Positions 47,683 to 55,999 of a stretch of 64,000 nt of DNA are shown here, in pieces; the stretch's first letter is position 1; each line of letters starts with the position of its first letter. Origin of the DNA: Chloroflexota bacterium. Lineage in GTDB: Bacteria > Chloroflexota > Limnocylindria > Limnocylindrales > CSP1-4. Both the position numbers and the translations under genes were made by a program. The stretch covers positions 77,605-141,604 of the forward strand of contig JAICUI010000001.1 in the NCBI GenBank assembly GCA_025935925.1, read 5' to 3'. Under the pieces are notes generated by a model. That model ran no database searches and had not been told where the DNA came from. It worked only from the letters and a program-made list of their open reading frames with translations.

Positions 47683-48456
47683 CTACCGGCGGTGCGGCTC
47701 GTCGTCCCCGGGTTCCCGGACCCAGCGGACGCCGACGCGCTCGATGTCGAGGCCCGCGCTGCCGGGTTCGGCCGTGAGTCGGACGACCGGCGGCCGCCCG
47801 TCCCGGCGAACCTCGATGGCCTGACCGCCGAGCGCCGTGCGCCATCCCTCGCTGAAGGCGATGCCGAGCGTCGTCCCGTACGCCTCGGCGACGGCCGGCG
47901 GGTCGACGACCGGCAGCTCGAGCGAACCAAGCCGCAGCCGCCCGCCGCCGGGATGGCGGAAGGCCGCCCTCGCGCCGCGTGCGGCGTCGCCCCATTCGGC
48001 CCCGGTGAGCTCGTGCTCGATCAGGAACGGCGGCCGGTCGGGGCCCAGCACCGGCGGGAACGCCATCCGCCATCGCACGGTCTCGCCGTCGGGCCGGGTC
48101 CGCGCGCCGTCGATCACGTCGCCGATGGGCGACCCGGACGCGTGCAGCGCCTCGACCTCGACGCCCAGTCCGTCGCTCGTGACGGCATACGTGACCAGGC
48201 CGGCGCCGTGCGCCTCGAGCCGGTCGAGCGTCGCGCCGCCCACGGCGAATGCCGGATTGCGGCGGACGAGGCCGGCATCGAACACCCCGATCAGCTCGAC
48301 GTAGGGATCGCCCAGGAACGCCAGGCGGTTGTACGTCCCCATCGCCTCGTGCCGGCCCCCGCCCGTGAACGAGAGCCCGAGGTCGCGCTCCAGCTCCGAC
48401 GCGGCGTCGTCGACGGACGGCACCGCGATCACGAGGTGGTCGATCCCGAGCAGCAC
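47683..48456 (-). CDS. VOC/glyoxalase-like family protein
   Basis: IDHLVIAV, GGRHEAMGTYNRL, YVELI, RTRPDG, PFLIE. Confidence 0.88.
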   Translation of the reverse strand: MLLGIDHLVIAVPSVDDAASELERDLGLSFTGGGRHEAMGTYNRLAFLGDPYVELIGVFDAGLVRRNPAFAVGGATLDRLEAHGAGLVTYAVTSDGLGVEVEALHASGSPIGDVIDGARTRPDGETVRWRMAFPPVLGPDRPPFLIEHELTGAEWGDAARGARAAFRHPGGGRLRLGSLELPVVDPPAVAEAYGTTLGIAFSEGWRTALGGQAIEVRRDGRPPVVRLTAEPGSAGLDIERVGVRWVREPGDDEPHRR

Positions 48457-48460
48457 GGGT

Positions 48461-49723
48461 TCAGTCGCGTGCGCGACGGTCGAGCACGACCCGGCCGCCC
48501 TTGACCACGACCGACGGCGACGCGAGCACCCCGACGTCCGCCACCGGGTCGCCGTCGAGCGCGACGAGATCCGCGAAGCGACCCGGCTCGAGCGTTCCCA
48601 CGCGGTCGGCCCATCCCAGGCATTCGGCGGCCACGACGGTCGCCGACCGGATCGCCGCGAGCGGCGCCATCCCGTACCGCACGTACGTCTCGAACTGGCG
48701 GCCGACGAGCGCGTGCGGGTACACGCCGCTGTCGGTGCTGTAGGTGATCCGGACGCCCGCGTCGACGGCGCCGCTGAACACCGCGTAGGCCGCGGTCATC
48801 GAGTGCTCGAGCTTGCGCATCGTTTCGACGGGCCAGCCGAGGCTGTCGCCGGCGTCGAGCGCCCACTCGCCGTCGAACAGGTCGACGCCGAAGAAGGTCC
48901 CGCTGTCGGCGAGCATCGCGATCGCCTCGGCATCGAAGTACGAGCCGTGCTCGATCGAGCGGGCGCCCGCGCGGATCGCCCGCTTCGCGCCCTCGGCGCC
49001 GTGCGCGTGGACCGCGACGAACCGGTCATACCGGCCGGCCTCGTCGACCGCGGCCCGGAGCTGGTCCTCGCTCAGCTCCGGCGCCCCCGGCACGCCGCCG
49101 CGCGTCGACACCGCCCCGGTGCCGATGCACTTGATGACGCCGGCGCCGCCGATGAGCAGCCGTCGGACGCGGTCGCGGACCTCGTCCACGGTCGTGACGA
49201 CGCCGAACCGGAGGTCGTCGGGCAGCCGGACGTCGTGGGCGAGGCCGACGAGGTCGCCTCCGCCCCACGGCGCCGTGATGTACGCGCCCGCGCACTGTAT
49301 CCGCGGGCCCTCGACGTCGCCACGGTCGATCGCGTCGCGCAGGGCGCAATCGGCGAACGCGCGGTACGTGCCGAGATCGCGGACGGTGGTGAAGCCGGCC
49401 TCGACGGTCTCCCGCGCGTGGCGGACGCCGATCAGGACCTCCTCCGGAGCGCTGGTCATCGTCGCGGGGACACCCGAGCTCAGCACGTCGCCGACCAGGT
49501 GGCTGTGGGTGTCGATCAGTCCGGGCAGCACGGTGAGGCCACGAAGGTCGAGCTCCGGCGTGCCGCCCGGTGCGCCGTCCGCTTCGGTGGCAACGGCCTC
49601 GATCCGGCCGTCGCGGACGAGCAGCGTGCGGTCGCGCAGCACCTCGCCGGACGCCACGTCGAGCAGGCGGCCGGTTCGGATGGCGAGGGCATCGGCGGAA
49701 TCGGCGAACGGGGGGATCGTCAT
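48461..49723 (-). CDS. Metal-dependent amidohydrolase (Xaa-Pro dipeptidase/HutI-like)
   Basis: PGLIDTHSH, GFTTVRD, AVHAHG, SIEHG, STDSG, G.LEPGRFADL. Confidence 0.9.
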   Translation of the reverse strand: MTIPPFADSADALAIRTGRLLDVASGEVLRDRTLLVRDGRIEAVATEADGAPGGTPELDLRGLTVLPGLIDTHSHLVGDVLSSGVPATMTSAPEEVLIGVRHARETVEAGFTTVRDLGTYRAFADCALRDAIDRGDVEGPRIQCAGAYITAPWGGGDLVGLAHDVRLPDDLRFGVVTTVDEVRDRVRRLLIGGAGVIKCIGTGAVSTRGGVPGAPELSEDQLRAAVDEAGRYDRFVAVHAHGAEGAKRAIRAGARSIEHGSYFDAEAIAMLADSGTFFGVDLFDGEWALDAGDSLGWPVETMRKLEHSMTAAYAVFSGAVDAGVRITYSTDSGVYPHALVGRQFETYVRYGMAPLAAIRSATVVAAECLGWADRVGTLEPGRFADLVALDGDPVADVGVLASPSVVVKGGRVVLDRRARD

Positions 49724-49796
49724 GGTCGCGATCGTAGTGGCCGCGCCCCTGTTCGACCCGTGCGGCGCGCACCGCGGCGGGACGTACCATCGCCGC

Positions 49797-50378
49797 ATGA
49801 GCCTTCCCGTCCCGCCCGACCACCTCCCGTTCACCGGTGATCCCGACGCCGACCGCCTCATCGCCGCCGACCCGCTGGCGCTGCTGATCGGCTTCGCGCT
49901 CGACCAGCAGGTGACGGTCCAGAAGGCGTTCTCGGGTCCGCTCGAGCTCCAGCGACGGATCGGATCCCTCGACGCGAAGACGATCGCGACGATGGACGAC
50001 GAGCGCCTGGATGCGGCGTTCCGGACGCCGCCCGCGCTGCACCGCTTCCCCGGGAACATGGCAAAGCGGACGCGCGACCTGTGCGCGGCGATCGTCGCGG
50101 ACTACGGGGGCGACGCGGCGCGGATCTGGGACGACGCCGCGGACGCGAGGGACCTCTACGCGCGCCTGATCGCGCTGCCCGGCATCGGGGAGATGAAGGC
50201 GGGATCGATCGTGTCGCTGCTCGGGAACCGGTACGGCATCAAGCCTGCGGGCTGGGCGGACGTCCTTCCCGACCATCCGACGCTGGGAGACGTCGACTCC
50301 GCCGAGGCGCTCGCCGAGTACCAGGCCGGGAAGCGCGCCCGCAAGGCCGAGCTGCGGGCGCAGGGCCAGCGCGCATGA
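49797..50378 (+). CDS. HhH-GPD-type base excision repair protein
   Basis: DPLALLIGFALDQQ, PALHRFPGNMAKR, LPGIG HhH, DVDSAEAL. Confidence 0.88.
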   Translation: MSLPVPPDHLPFTGDPDADRLIAADPLALLIGFALDQQVTVQKAFSGPLELQRRIGSLDAKTIATMDDERLDAAFRTPPALHRFPGNMAKRTRDLCAAIVADYGGDAARIWDDAADARDLYARLIALPGIGEMKAGSIVSLLGNRYGIKPAGWADVLPDHPTLGDVDSAEALAEYQAGKRARKAELRAQGQRA

Positions 50379-50671
50379 CGACGACCGACGCGCTGGGCCC
50401 CGCGGCGCTGATCGCCGGCGTGCTCATGGCGCTCTCGCCGACGCTCCAGGTGCGCCGGATGCTCCAGACCCGGTCGAGCCGCGACTACTCGCTCGGCTAT
50501 CCCAGCCTGCTGTGCGCGGGGTTCGTGTTCTGGCTCGCGTACGGGCTCGCGCTGGTGAACTGGCCGATGATCCTGTCGAACATCGCGTCGCTGATCTTCA
50601 TGCTCTCGACGATCGGCGTGGCGCTCTACTTCCGCCGGGGCGAGGCGGTCGCGAGTCGAGCCTCGGGCTGA
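50375..50671 (+). CDS. SemiSWEET / PQ-loop family transporter
   Basis: PTLQVRRMLQTRSSRDYS, FWLAYG, WPMILSN; 3 TM; ATGA overlap. Confidence 0.85.
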   Translation: MTTTDALGPAALIAGVLMALSPTLQVRRMLQTRSSRDYSLGYPSLLCAGFVFWLAYGLALVNWPMILSNIASLIFMLSTIGVALYFRRGEAVASRASG

Positions 50672-50791
50672 GCGCGGGCGGGGACCGGCGTCCTGCGTCG
50701 CGCGCCGCCGCACCCCGGCCCGAGCCTCGCCTCTTCCCGCCGCTCCCGCCGCGCGCCGCTCGCTAGCCCACGCCGGCGCCCGGCCGCGACT

Positions 50792-50933
50792 CGCCCAGCG
50801 GCTCGTGTGCGCGTCGCCAGCGTCGATTGATCCGGTGCGCGACTCATCGGACACGAATCGCCGGGTTGCACCGTTCATCCGGGTCGCCCAGCGGTTGGAA
50901 CGCTTCGTCACCGTGCACTCGAGCCGCTGAGCG
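50792..50933. repeat. 142-bp palindromic intergenic element, copy 2
   Basis: Terminal inverted repeats CGCCCAGCGGCTCGTGTGC / GCACTCGAGCCGCTGAGCG (17/19); internal CGCCCAGCGG at 50885. Confidence 0.6.
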
Positions 50934-50987
50934 GCTGACCGCACCGCCGCGGCGTGGCGGACGACCCTGCTCCGCCCCTGAGGAGCG

Positions 50988-51395
50988 CTAGCGCAGGACG
51001 AGCGTCCGGAACAGGTGCTCGAGCGTCGCGGACGGGTCCGAGGTCAGGCCCGTGTGCACCTCGCTCGGCTGGATGATCGTCGACGACGGCGACACGAGCC
51101 AGTGGAACCGCTCGGGCATCGACAGCGCCGCGATCGGTCCGGCGTCTGCGCGCCCGGACGCCACGGCCTCGACCGCGTCGAGGTGCGCCCGCACCACCTC
51201 GGGATCGCAGTCGGGCGACATCGCGACGAGCAGCGCCTCGTCCAGGGCCACGCGTGCGCCGAGGAACCGCCGCGGCCGGCACATCAGCACGATGCCGGCG
51301 TTGAACCCCTCGCCGCGCTCGACGCGGGGCACGACGCGGACGATCGCGTACTCGAACGGCGCCCGACGGGCTCCCTGCTCAGGCGGCGCGGGCAC
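50988..51395 (-). CDS. DUF3037 family protein
   Basis: FEYAIVRVVPRVERGEGFNAG, ERFHWLVSPSSTIIQPSEVHTG. Confidence 0.92.
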   Translation of the reverse strand: MPAPPEQGARRAPFEYAIVRVVPRVERGEGFNAGIVLMCRPRRFLGARVALDEALLVAMSPDCDPEVVRAHLDAVEAVASGRADAGPIAALSMPERFHWLVSPSSTIIQPSEVHTGLTSDPSATLEHLFRTLVLR

Positions 51396-52155
51396 GGTCC
51401 GCCTCCTCGACGAACGGCCTCGGGCTCTCCAGTCGCGTGAGCACGTAGTCGACGTACGCGCGCCGGTGCGCGTCGGCGTCGGCGAGCCCGGGCTCCGGCG
51501 GGAGCCAGTCGTCGGGGATCGAGGCGGCCAGCCCGTCGAGCACCTCGCGCGTCACGAGCGGCGCGAGCCGCGCATCGGCGTCCGCGATGGGTCCCGCGAA
51601 CGGCAGCAGGACGTGATCGCGGACCTGCGGAAACGGGCGGCGGGCGTGCGCGAGCGGGTCCTTCCACGAGTGGTGGATGTACAGCGCCGAGCCGTGGTCG
51701 ATCAGGTACGGCCGCCGGTGCCACACGATGAGGTTCGGGTTTCGCGGCGTCCGGTCGACGTTGGTCGTCAGCGCGTCGAGCCACACGACGGCCGCCGCGA
51801 GGTCGGGATCCGGGGCGGGGCCGATCGCGGGCGCGAACGGGAGCGCGCCCGGCAGGAAGTCGAGCCCGATGTTCGTCCCGGCCGATCGCTCGAGCAGGTC
51901 CTGGATCTCGCCGTCCGGCTCGGCCTTCGCGAGGGCGCCGTCCAGCTCCACGAGGACCTGGTCCGGGACGGGCAGCCCGAGGTGGCGACCCAGCTCACCG
52001 GCGAGGAGCTCGGCCACCAGCGCCTTGCGCCCGTGCCCGGCCCCCAGCAGCTTGACGACGTACAGGCCGTCGTCATCCGCTTCCACGAGCGCCGGCACCG
52101 AGCCGCCCTCGCGGAGTGGGGTCACGTAGCGGGTTGCGACGACCGTCCGGAGCAT
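51379..52155 (-). CDS. HipA-like (PI3/4-kinase fold) kinase
   Basis: PLREGGSVP, YVVKL, LVAELLAG, NVDRTPRNPNL, LIDHGS. Confidence 0.88.
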   Translation of the reverse strand: MLRTVVATRYVTPLREGGSVPALVEADDDGLYVVKLLGAGHGRKALVAELLAGELGRHLGLPVPDQVLVELDGALAKAEPDGEIQDLLERSAGTNIGLDFLPGALPFAPAIGPAPDPDLAAAVVWLDALTTNVDRTPRNPNLIVWHRRPYLIDHGSALYIHHSWKDPLAHARRPFPQVRDHVLLPFAGPIADADARLAPLVTREVLDGLAASIPDDWLPPEPGLADADAHRRAYVDYVLTRLESPRPFVEEADRARAA

Positions 52156-52242
52156 CCGCGGAGTGTAGGGCCTTGCGACCGCGGCGGACGCGGGCTATCG
52201 TTGCGTATGCAACTACCTGACCTGCCTCCCGGAGCTCCCGCC

Positions 52243-52638
52243 ATGGACCGCCGCATCCACGATGCGCTCGATCACAACCAGACCATCGACCTCACGACCA
52301 CGGGCCGCCGGTCCGGCGAGCCACGCCGGATCGAGATCGTGTTCCACAACATCGACGGCCGGATCATCATCAGCGGCGTCCCGTCGCGCCGCACGCGCGC
52401 GTGGCTGCACAACGTCAACGCCGATCCAGCGGTCGTCCTCCACCTCAAGGGACCCGTGGTCGCGGACGTCCCCGGCACGGCGCACGAGATCACCGACCCT
52501 GCCGATCGTCGCTACCTGCTCGAGCACGTCGCGCGGAACTGGCGCCGCACCGACGTCGACGTCATGGAGCGCCAGAGTCCGCTGATCGAGGTGGTGGTGC
52601 CCGGCTACTCGCCCTCCGCGAGCGACGCCGTCGCCTGA
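52243..52638 (+). CDS. Nitroreductase-family deazaflavin (F420)-dependent oxidoreductase-like protein
   Basis: LTTTGRRSGEPRRIEI, WLHNVNADP; alternative start 52207. Confidence 0.78.
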   Translation: MDRRIHDALDHNQTIDLTTTGRRSGEPRRIEIVFHNIDGRIIISGVPSRRTRAWLHNVNADPAVVLHLKGPVVADVPGTAHEITDPADRRYLLEHVARNWRRTDVDVMERQSPLIEVVVPGYSPSASDAVA

Positions 52639-52662
52639 CGCGATCGGGGATCGACCCGACCG

Positions 52663-52875
52663 CTAGAGGTCGTTGCCCGGCTCGGCCTCGGTGGCCTCCG
52701 GGTGGCGGTCTTTCGTCTTGTCACCCGGGTCGGGCGCGGCCTCGCGCGGTGCGGTCTCGTCGGCGTTGATGGGATGGCCGCCGAGGTTGCCCTCGGGATG
52801 CTGCGACGGGCCGTCGGCGCGGTCGCGGGGCTCGATGTCGTCGGGCCGGGGCTCGCTCTCGCGGACGTGGGGCAT
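52663..52875 (-). CDS. Small acidic hydrophilic protein
   Basis: AGGAGG RBS; 70 aa rich in D/E/P. Confidence 0.6.
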   Translation of the reverse strand: MPHVRESEPRPDDIEPRDRADGPSQHPEGNLGGHPINADETAPREAAPDPGDKTKDRHPEATEAEPGNDL

Positions 52876-52986
52876 GGGACTCCCTCCTGGTGATGGCAGG
52901 CCGACACCGATCATCGACGGCGGACCGACCCGGGCGCGGTGCCGCGCGCCACGCCACGCTTGCAGCCGCGTGGCGACTGCGGGGAG

Positions 52987-53427
52987 TCAGTCCCGCTCGG
53001 CGTCGAGGAGGGCCCGGAACCGCGCCAGCGACGCCGGCAGCGCTTCGCCGATCCGGCGCTCCGCCTCCTTGCCGATGAACCCGAGGAACGGGGGCGTCGA
53101 GACGGTGACCTCGAGCGAGATCCGGGTCGAGTCGGCCGTCTTCGCGGCGAGCTGGACGCGGACGTCGAACCCGACCGGACCGCCCTTGCCGGTGATCTCG
53201 AGCAGCTCCGGCGGGCGGAAGGCTCGCGCCGTCCCGAGGATCACGAGGCCGCCCGTCGCCTGACCCATCCGCAGCCGGATCCGGCTGCCGGCCGCGAGCT
53301 CGGGGTCGAGCAGCTGGGCCTCCACCACCTCCGGGAGCCAGCGCGGCAGGTCCGGGATCCGCGTCGCCACGCGGAACACGCGATCGACGGGGTGGGACAG
53401 CTCGACGGAGGCGGCGACACGGGTCAC
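52987..53427 (-). CDS. SRPBCC (START-like) family protein
   Basis: SVELSHPVDRVF...LPRWLPEV...SLARFRALL; TACGAT -10 lies 6 nt before the GTG. Confidence 0.8.
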   Translation of the reverse strand: MTRVAASVELSHPVDRVFRVATRIPDLPRWLPEVVEAQLLDPELAAGSRIRLRMGQATGGLVILGTARAFRPPELLEITGKGGPVGFDVRVQLAAKTADSTRISLEVTVSTPPFLGFIGKEAERRIGEALPASLARFRALLDAERD

Positions 53428-53633
53428 GCCTCCATCGTAGGGCGAGCGTCGAGGGCGGAGGGTCTCGCGGCGACCCAGCGCGTGCGACGACGAACGGTGC
53501 GGTCCTGTCCGGAATGGTCCATCCGGGGGATGCGCACGCCGTCGAGCGACGCCTAGGCTCGGTGCATTCGTCGGCACCCCGGTCGTCACCGCCGGAGCCC
53601 AAGCACCCTGCACCGCCTGCCCAGGGGGTCACG

Positions 53634-53798
53634 TTGTCCGAGACCACGCTCCGCATCGCTCCGCGCTCCGCCGTCGCGATCGCCGACCTGCACCTGCTGC
53701 GGGTCGCGCGCACCGAGCCTCGTCCGGCGGACGCCGGGCGGCTGTCCATCGCCGATCGCCTGCGCCGGCTCGCCCCCGGGGTGATCCGCCGGTCCTGA
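53634..53798 (+). CDS. Possible 54-aa small protein
   Basis: AGGGGG before TTG; LSETTLRIAPRSAVAIADLHLLRVAR...; TAGGCT at ~53553 upstream; no family recognised. Confidence 0.35.
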   Translation: MSETTLRIAPRSAVAIADLHLLRVARTEPRPADAGRLSIADRLRRLAPGVIRRS

Positions 53799-54039
53799 CG
53801 CGGGCCCCGAAGCGCGATCCGCGCGACTTCAGGCCAACCGTCCAGCCCCGGCACTGACATTCGGCCGATCCGCCCGGCGCGCGCCGGTCGTACGGTGTGT
53901 CCATCGAACGGACCGCCAACACACGGACCATCTCGGGCGGCGCGTCGACCCAACGGCGGGATGCCGGACGGTGGCGGAGCCCGAAACCACTGTCCATGCG
54001 GCGGTCCGTTTCGCCATGTCCGGCGCCGCGACGGCGTCG

Positions 54040-54483
54040 CTAGGCGAGGTGCCGGGGATCCCCCTCGAACGAGCGCTTGGCCGCCGCCACCGTGCCCTGC
54101 ACGTCGATCGCGGCCGGGACGCCCGCGAGCAGCTCGTGGAGCCAGCCGATCGGCCCCCAGAGGCGTGAACGCAGCTCCACGGCCTGATGCACCCACGTGC
54201 CGGAGCCCCGCGCCTCGAACGTGAGGATGCGGGCCCGGTGGAGCGACCCCTCGCCGGTCTCGTGCACCTGCCGCGTGGGTCGCCGGTACTCGACGATCTC
54301 CCACTGGGCGGTCGCCACCCGCGTGCGCTCGCGGTACACCGTGCCGCGCCGGGCCGGCCCGGACACGTACAGGATCTCCCGGACCCCCGGGACCCAGCGG
54401 GGCGTGCCGGCGATGTCGTCATACAGCCGCCAGACCTCGTCGCGCGACGCGCCCACGAGCGCCTCGGCCTCCACCCGTCGCAT
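54040..54483 (-). CDS. SRPBCC (START-like) family protein
   Basis: ASRDEVWRLYDD...PRWVPGV...GTVYRE; GATACT 7 nt before the ATG. Confidence 0.8.
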   Translation of the reverse strand: MRRVEAEALVGASRDEVWRLYDDIAGTPRWVPGVREILYVSGPARRGTVYRERTRVATAQWEIVEYRRPTRQVHETGEGSLHRARILTFEARGSGTWVHQAVELRSRLWGPIGWLHELLAGVPAAIDVQGTVAAAKRSFEGDPRHLA

Positions 54484-54599
54484 GGCCGCCAGTATCCCTT
54501 GCGGCGGTGCGAGAGGGAACCGCCGCCGCCTCCGCCGGGTGCAAGGCGCGTGACGAACGCGGCCGCGAGGCGCCCGACGCGGCCGCGTGGCGTGATTGC

Positions 54600-54631
54600 T
54601 GACAGTAACTGTCACGTATCGCGGATAGGCT
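54600..54631 (+). promoter_or_regulatory. Perfect palindrome TGACAG-TAA-CTGTCA plus -10 TAGGCT (candidate WYL-regulator target promoter)
   Basis: Palindrome 54600-54614; TAGGCT 54626-54631. Confidence 0.65.
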
Positions 54632-54668
54632 GACGAGCATGGATTTCGACCACCGAGGTGACCAGCGA

Positions 54669-54866
54669 ATGAGTCTCACCCACCTGCTCGCCGATGCCGT
54701 CCAGGCGGACCGCGGGCGGGAGATCCGGGCGCGGTCTCCCCGCGGGCTCGGGCTGTCCTCCGGCCCGCGCCACCCCCACGAGCCCGAGTCCACCGCGCTC
54801 CCGCTGCAGCGGGCCGCGACCCCTTCGAAGCCCGTCGCCCGGCCGCGCGTGGCCTGGGGCGGCTGA
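54669..54866 (+). CDS. Small basic hypothetical protein (65 aa; alternative leaderless start 54639)
   Basis: GAGGTG RBS; stop abuts the WYL gene stop; lies behind the palindrome/promoter. Confidence 0.5.
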   Translation: MSLTHLLADAVQADRGREIRARSPRGLGLSSGPRHPHEPESTALPLQRAATPSKPVARPRVAWGG

Positions 54867-54867
54867 C

Positions 54868-55893
54868 CTAGGCGCGAGCCCCGGCGAACGGCTCCTCCGT
54901 CGCCGGGGCCGCGTCGCTCTCCGAGGCGGCATAGCGTGCCGCGACGGCGATCGCGAGCGCGCCGACCTCGGCCCGCAGCGACGGCGGCTCCAGCACCTCG
55001 AGCGACGTCCCCATCGCGAGCAGCTTGCCGGCGGCCTCCCGCGGCCAGTCGAGCGTCAGCACGACGCGCCGCCACGTGTCGGGCTCGGGGTCCGCATCGG
55101 GCACGTCGCGGGCGGACGCGATCACCGCCGCGGAGAAGACGTCCTCCAGGCGTCGGTAGGCATCGCGGCGGACGCGGACGGTGACCTCCAGACGGGGCGC
55201 CTCGCGCTCGTACGTCGCGATCGACTCCGCCCAGTAGGCGGCGAGGTCGAAGCCCTCCGGTCGCTGCGCCTTCTCCGCCTGGCCCGCGACGCCCATCACG
55301 CGCGAGATGCGGTACGTCCGGAGCTGATCGTCGTGCTGGGCGATGAGGTACCAGGTGCCGGCCTTGAGCACGAGGCCGAGCGGGTCGAGCGTGCGGGTCA
55401 CGATCGTGTCGCCGCGGTCGTAGTCGATCTCGAGCCGGCGGCCCTCCCACACGCACTCCGCGATCGTCGACAGGTGGGGGACGGCCTCGCCCGATCGGAA
55501 CCAGCCGGCGGCGTCGAGGTGGAACCGTTCGAGCAGCCGCGTCGCGCGGCCACGGAGCTCCGGCGGGAGCGCGGCAAGGACCTTGAGCCGGGCGCCCGCG
55601 ACGACCGTCCCGAGCCCGAGCTCGGCCGCGGGGCCCGGGATCCCGGACAGGAACAGCGCCTCGGCCTCGTCCGACGTCATCCCGGTCAGCCGCGTCCGGT
55701 AGCCGTCGACCAGCCGGATCCCGCCGTGCGGCCCGCGCTCGGCGTAGATGGGCACCCCCGCGGCGCCGAGCGCCTCGACGTCGCGGTGGACCGTGCGGAC
55801 GGACACCTCGAGCTCCTCGGCGAGCTCGGCCGCCGTCATGCCCCCGCGGGCCTGGAGGAGGAGCAGCAGGGCGACGAGCCGTGACGCGCGCAT
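54868..55893 (-). CDS. YafY/PafC-like HTH-WYL-WCX transcriptional regulator
   Basis: MRASRLVALLLLLQARG, ELEVSVRTVHRD, GPHGG, PLGLVLKAGTWYL, RTYRISR, VLEPPSLR. Confidence 0.93.
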   Translation of the reverse strand: MRASRLVALLLLLQARGGMTAAELAEELEVSVRTVHRDVEALGAAGVPIYAERGPHGGIRLVDGYRTRLTGMTSDEAEALFLSGIPGPAAELGLGTVVAGARLKVLAALPPELRGRATRLLERFHLDAAGWFRSGEAVPHLSTIAECVWEGRRLEIDYDRGDTIVTRTLDPLGLVLKAGTWYLIAQHDDQLRTYRISRVMGVAGQAEKAQRPEGFDLAAYWAESIATYEREAPRLEVTVRVRRDAYRRLEDVFSAAVIASARDVPDADPEPDTWRRVVLTLDWPREAAGKLLAMGTSLEVLEPPSLRAEVGALAIAVAARYAASESDAAPATEEPFAGARA

Positions 55894-55899
55894 GGCGGC

Positions 55900-55935
55900 A
55901 TCCTAGCGCATTGTGGACAGGGCGGGTCATGTATC
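55900..55935. promoter_or_regulatory. Degenerate second copy of the WYL-type site with the WYL gene's -10 (TAGGAT)
   Basis: GGACAG-GGC-GGGTCA at 55915-55929; 55910-55935 matches 54595-54620 at 18/26. Confidence 0.55.
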
Positions 55936-55999
55936 CGCGCTGGCACGCGCGCCGCGCCGGCGTCGCGGTCGCACGCACCGGGCGGGCTAGCATCTGCGT

